A DNA stretch of 64,000 bases from Klebsormidium nitens (Eukaryota; Plantae; Klebsormidiophyceae), in the NCBI GenBank assembly GCA_000708835.1, contig DF237134.1:1-64000 (forward strand). Reading direction: 5' to 3'. Positions within the stretch are counted from its first letter, which is position 1, and every line of letters starts with the position of its first letter. The notes beneath the pieces were generated by a model that saw nothing but the letters and a program-made list of their open reading frames with translations, searched no databases and was not told the DNA's origin. Below are positions 60,750 through 64,000 of this stretch, piece after piece. A program made the translations under genes and the position numbers.

Positions 60750-63700
60750 TCAGGAAATCGACTCGAAACAACTCATTTCCAAGTGTAACTGAATGTACTC
60801 CAGTACTCTATCAGAAGTTTCGACCCCTACAGCTTCCTTCGGGGTCCCATGTTCTCCGAAAGAAGAGCCGAGGTTTTCAATATTGACCATGGCTCTCGCA
60901 TCCCCCTTAAACAGGCCGTTAGTCAAACAGGCCGGTCACGCGTGATTCACCTGTAACGGCGACAGCGCCACGCCCTCGATCGCGCTCTGCGCCTCGAGCA
61001 GCTGCCACGTCAGCTCCTCGCAGCGCCGCGCGGCCGCGTCGCGCCCCCGCTCAGATCGGTCGCGCGCGACCGCCATCTGGTCGACTTCGCCGCGGAGTTC
61101 CGCGCGCGCGGCCAGAAGCTGCTCCTCGCGCGCGGCCGCGAGCGACAGCTGCGCGCTCAGCTCCGCAACGCGCCGCTCGAGGGCCTCGTACGCGGGTTTC
61201 AGGGCTTGGAGCGCCTGAGGGAAAGAGGGAGTGAGCGGTCGGGACTGGGACTTCACGAGAAGCGCTCTTTGCCCTGACTTCCCTGGGTTTGTCCCATAGC
61301 CAGCCTTTCTCTTCCGGGTTCGATTGCATGTCGAGAATCGCTCACGAAGCCGACGTTAAACACTAGTTTCTTTGCGGAAGTTGAAGATCGTTAAGTTGTA
61401 GTGAAAGGGCGAGACTCCGCAAGAAGGCCTAAAACAATCTCACTGCAATCTCAGGCCGTTGCGCATCCTGATAAGAAGCATCTTATATGGACCCGGATCC
61501 AAGACTAAACCGCAACCCTTCCGCAACCCTTTCGATTCTATGAAGGGTAAGCGCCAAGAAGGGTAACAGCCACACTTACTCGAAACATTAAATCAAAGTT
61601 TTACACGCTCCGCATTCGTACCCACCCTAACCCTAGCCAACCCCACCCGTCCATAGCGTTTACCCTTTATGGCGCTTACCATTCATTAATCTGATCGATA
61701 TAACCCTTCCCCTCACCTGTCGCAGTCCTTTGATCTCGTCTTCCTGGCCGTCGATGACGCTTTGCCCCGCCTGCGCCCGGTTGGTCAGGTCCTCCACCCG
61801 GGCCATCAACCGACCAATCTCCTCCCGCTGCTCCGCGCTCGCCGCCTCGAAGCTCCGGGCGATCTGCTGCGCCTCCTCCCGCCTGCGTGAATGGCAGTAA
61901 CACAGAATATAAGACTTCAGATAACGAATATCCATTTTGTGGTGCTTTGATACAGCGGTAGGTGTTTGGTGTTCTGGGCTCGTCTGGGCTGGCTGCTGTC
62001 GATTAGCCCTCGGAGGGGTGCCGCCAAACACCTATGGAAGTGTTTCCGCTTATGAAGCAACGAATCTGTTCCCACGAAGCTGTGGATTGCTGACGAAATG
62101 AAGTACCTTCGTGAGGTCCATCTGAGTCAAAATCAAGGACCTGCTTACCGAACACTGAGGGGCTATAAGCATCTCCATGAGGTGCACGGGACACTGAATG
62201 TCGGTCGGGTTGCATGCATGCGCCCAACTTCACTAATGGAATTCCTCGACTGCGCCCGGGGCTTACCACCGGTTGACGAGCTGGTCCTTGGACGCGATGA
62301 CGTCCTCTGCCTCGCGCGCGAAACGCTCGTACAGCGCAACGGCGTCGTCCAACTTGATCGTCAGCGACCGGACCTGAGGGGAAACGGAGCGTATCACTTC
62401 AGACGCGTAAAAGAAACGAGAACATCGCCTCTTTGCTCGTCACGACCAAAGTCACAGAAGTGGTCTGGTGCTTCATAGCCTCGTTAAGGCATGGTCATCA
62501 GCGAACGGACCTGAGAACGATGGATTTTACCCTCTGGGACACAAACGAAAGGAGGCAGAGCAGCGCTTGAAGTCCCCCGCAAAAGCAGAGCCATGCGCCC
62601 TCTCCGCTTTTAGCAAGGGCTCAAAAGAACTGGCTCGAAAAGGTGCTCTGATCCCGATGCTGCTGGGTCGATGCTCTGCCACTACATACCATCAGTATCA
62701 ATGAGGAATTCGACCTTAGCATCAATAAGGATAACCTGTTATCTGCTTGTGTTAAGGGTTTTGGGATTTGGAGGTTTTTGCTTCTTTGTTCAGTTGCGAA
62801 AGGGCCGCACCTGGGTCTCCTTCTCAAGCCGAACTGCCTGTACTTCGTCCCGGGCTCTCTTCTCCACCTTGGCTTGGCCCTTGCTGAGTGCCCGGTTCGT
62901 TCTCTCGAGCTCGTCCACCGTCATCTCCAGCTGCTGCAGCACGCCTAGCTTCTCGTCCAGCTCGCCCTCTACACGCTGCATCGCGGGTTGTGCGCAGGTT
63001 TGAGCACTTTAAAGCCCGTTGGAGGGAGTCTTAGACGAATGATTTACACATGAATGAGGTTTGTAACCGAATCAGCTTCGGCCTTCGAGCAGGTTTAGGA
63101 TGTGCTTGGTGCATATTGAGTCCGGATACAAAATGTGTGACAAGTGTCGAACAGAGGGGATGGACAGCGATCTCGTAGTCGGCGGCTGATTCCTCAAAAC
63201 AGGATAGAAATTGAACAAGAACTCTATTTGTGCGATCAGTTACTGTCAAACGTCTTTCTCAGTGCCGCACAGCCAGGTGTCAACTGTAGCTGAGGTCGCG
63301 CGCCGTGCGGCATCCCTCGCACGCTCTCACCTGCAGCTGCCGCCCCAGGTCGGCCGCCTGCGCGAGCAGCGCGCTGCGCTCGCGCTCCCAGTCGTTCATG
63401 CTGCGCTGCGCCGCGCTCGAGAGGCTCGCCACCTTCTCGAGCGCCTCGTCGCGGCCGGCCTCCGCCTCCTCCGCCCGCGCGGTCGCGGCCGCCAGCTGCA
63501 AATATGGTGCCGAGGGAAAATTATGAACGACATTCGAGAAAGACGACCAAATAGAAGGAGGCACGAAGTGGCCGCTATGTCCTGAATGTTGTCACAAGAA
63601 GGAACTTTTTCCTTCGTCCGAAAATCCGAGATTTTAATCCTGTCCGGACAAACGAGTTGGTCTGCGGGAACGTATGCGACCGCCGCGCCTTTGCTGCCTA

Positions 63701-64000
63701 TACAGCTGAGCACCTTCTTGATCAGCACTGAAGAAAGAATACGTCAGCAAGTCGTTTTCGCTCTCGCACATGCAGCTGCGAATTGAATGTAACCGCATGC
63801 TTTGCAGCTGATTCGTACTCCCACAGTCACTCTCAATCTTAAACTCTTCCAATATTCTTGCAACAAACTGCCGTCGGCTGACGTCGTCACCCCTCACCTG
63901 CGCCGCGTGCTTGCTGACGTCCTCGACGCGCCCCGGCACGAGGTGCACCGCGCGCGCCTTGAGCTGCTCCATCTCCGCGGCCGCGCTGCGCTTGTCGCGC
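60750..64000 (-). CDS. Long coiled-coil protein, 5' part outside the window (at least 7 exons here)
   Basis: GC-rich heptad-like exons at ~64000-63897, ~63500-63331, ~62980-62812, ~62375-62270, ~61885-61717 and ~61217-60951 with GT-AG edges. The last exon (60905-60750) is tentative. Confidence 0.75.

Noticed and set aside
1-64000. tRNA, rRNA or snRNA genes
   Set aside because: No cloverleaf, A/B-box pair or conserved rRNA/snRNA segment was recognised by eye; tRNAscan-SE/Infernal would be needed to exclude them.

Overview
This window is eukaryotic nuclear DNA with intron-rich genes, GC-rich exons and mostly GT-AG introns. The gene set (OEP21, EBS/SHL, an At1g73970 homologue, the plastid S1/EF-Ts polyprotein) and (CCCTAAAA)n repeats suggest a streptophyte alga such as Klebsormidium; this is inference. 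About 12 genes can be followed, most exon by exon: a SAM methyltransferase, CPSF73, an At1g73970-like protein, a MYND-finger protein, a nocturnin-like EEP phosphatase, TatD, an OEP21-like pore, a possible orphan, plastid PETs (S1x2 + EF-Ts x2), an EBS/SHL-like BAH-PHD protein, a bacterial-type PPK2, and a 5'-truncated coiled-coil protein. There is also a degenerate PPPDE/LRAT-like frame. Two mobile elements are present: a 500-bp hAT MITE and a young gag-only retroelement. Two results stand out. (1) The retroelement has circularly permuted (split) LTRs, X-gag-Y-X-Y. Its PBS/PPT-defined LTR ends differ from its integration ends, and it has a Tf1-like self-priming PBS. (2) A class I polyphosphate kinase 2 gene has 10 spliceosomal introns and an apparent plastid transit peptide. 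All homology calls come from recognising motifs by eye; no database search was run. No rRNA, tRNA or CRISPR array was seen.
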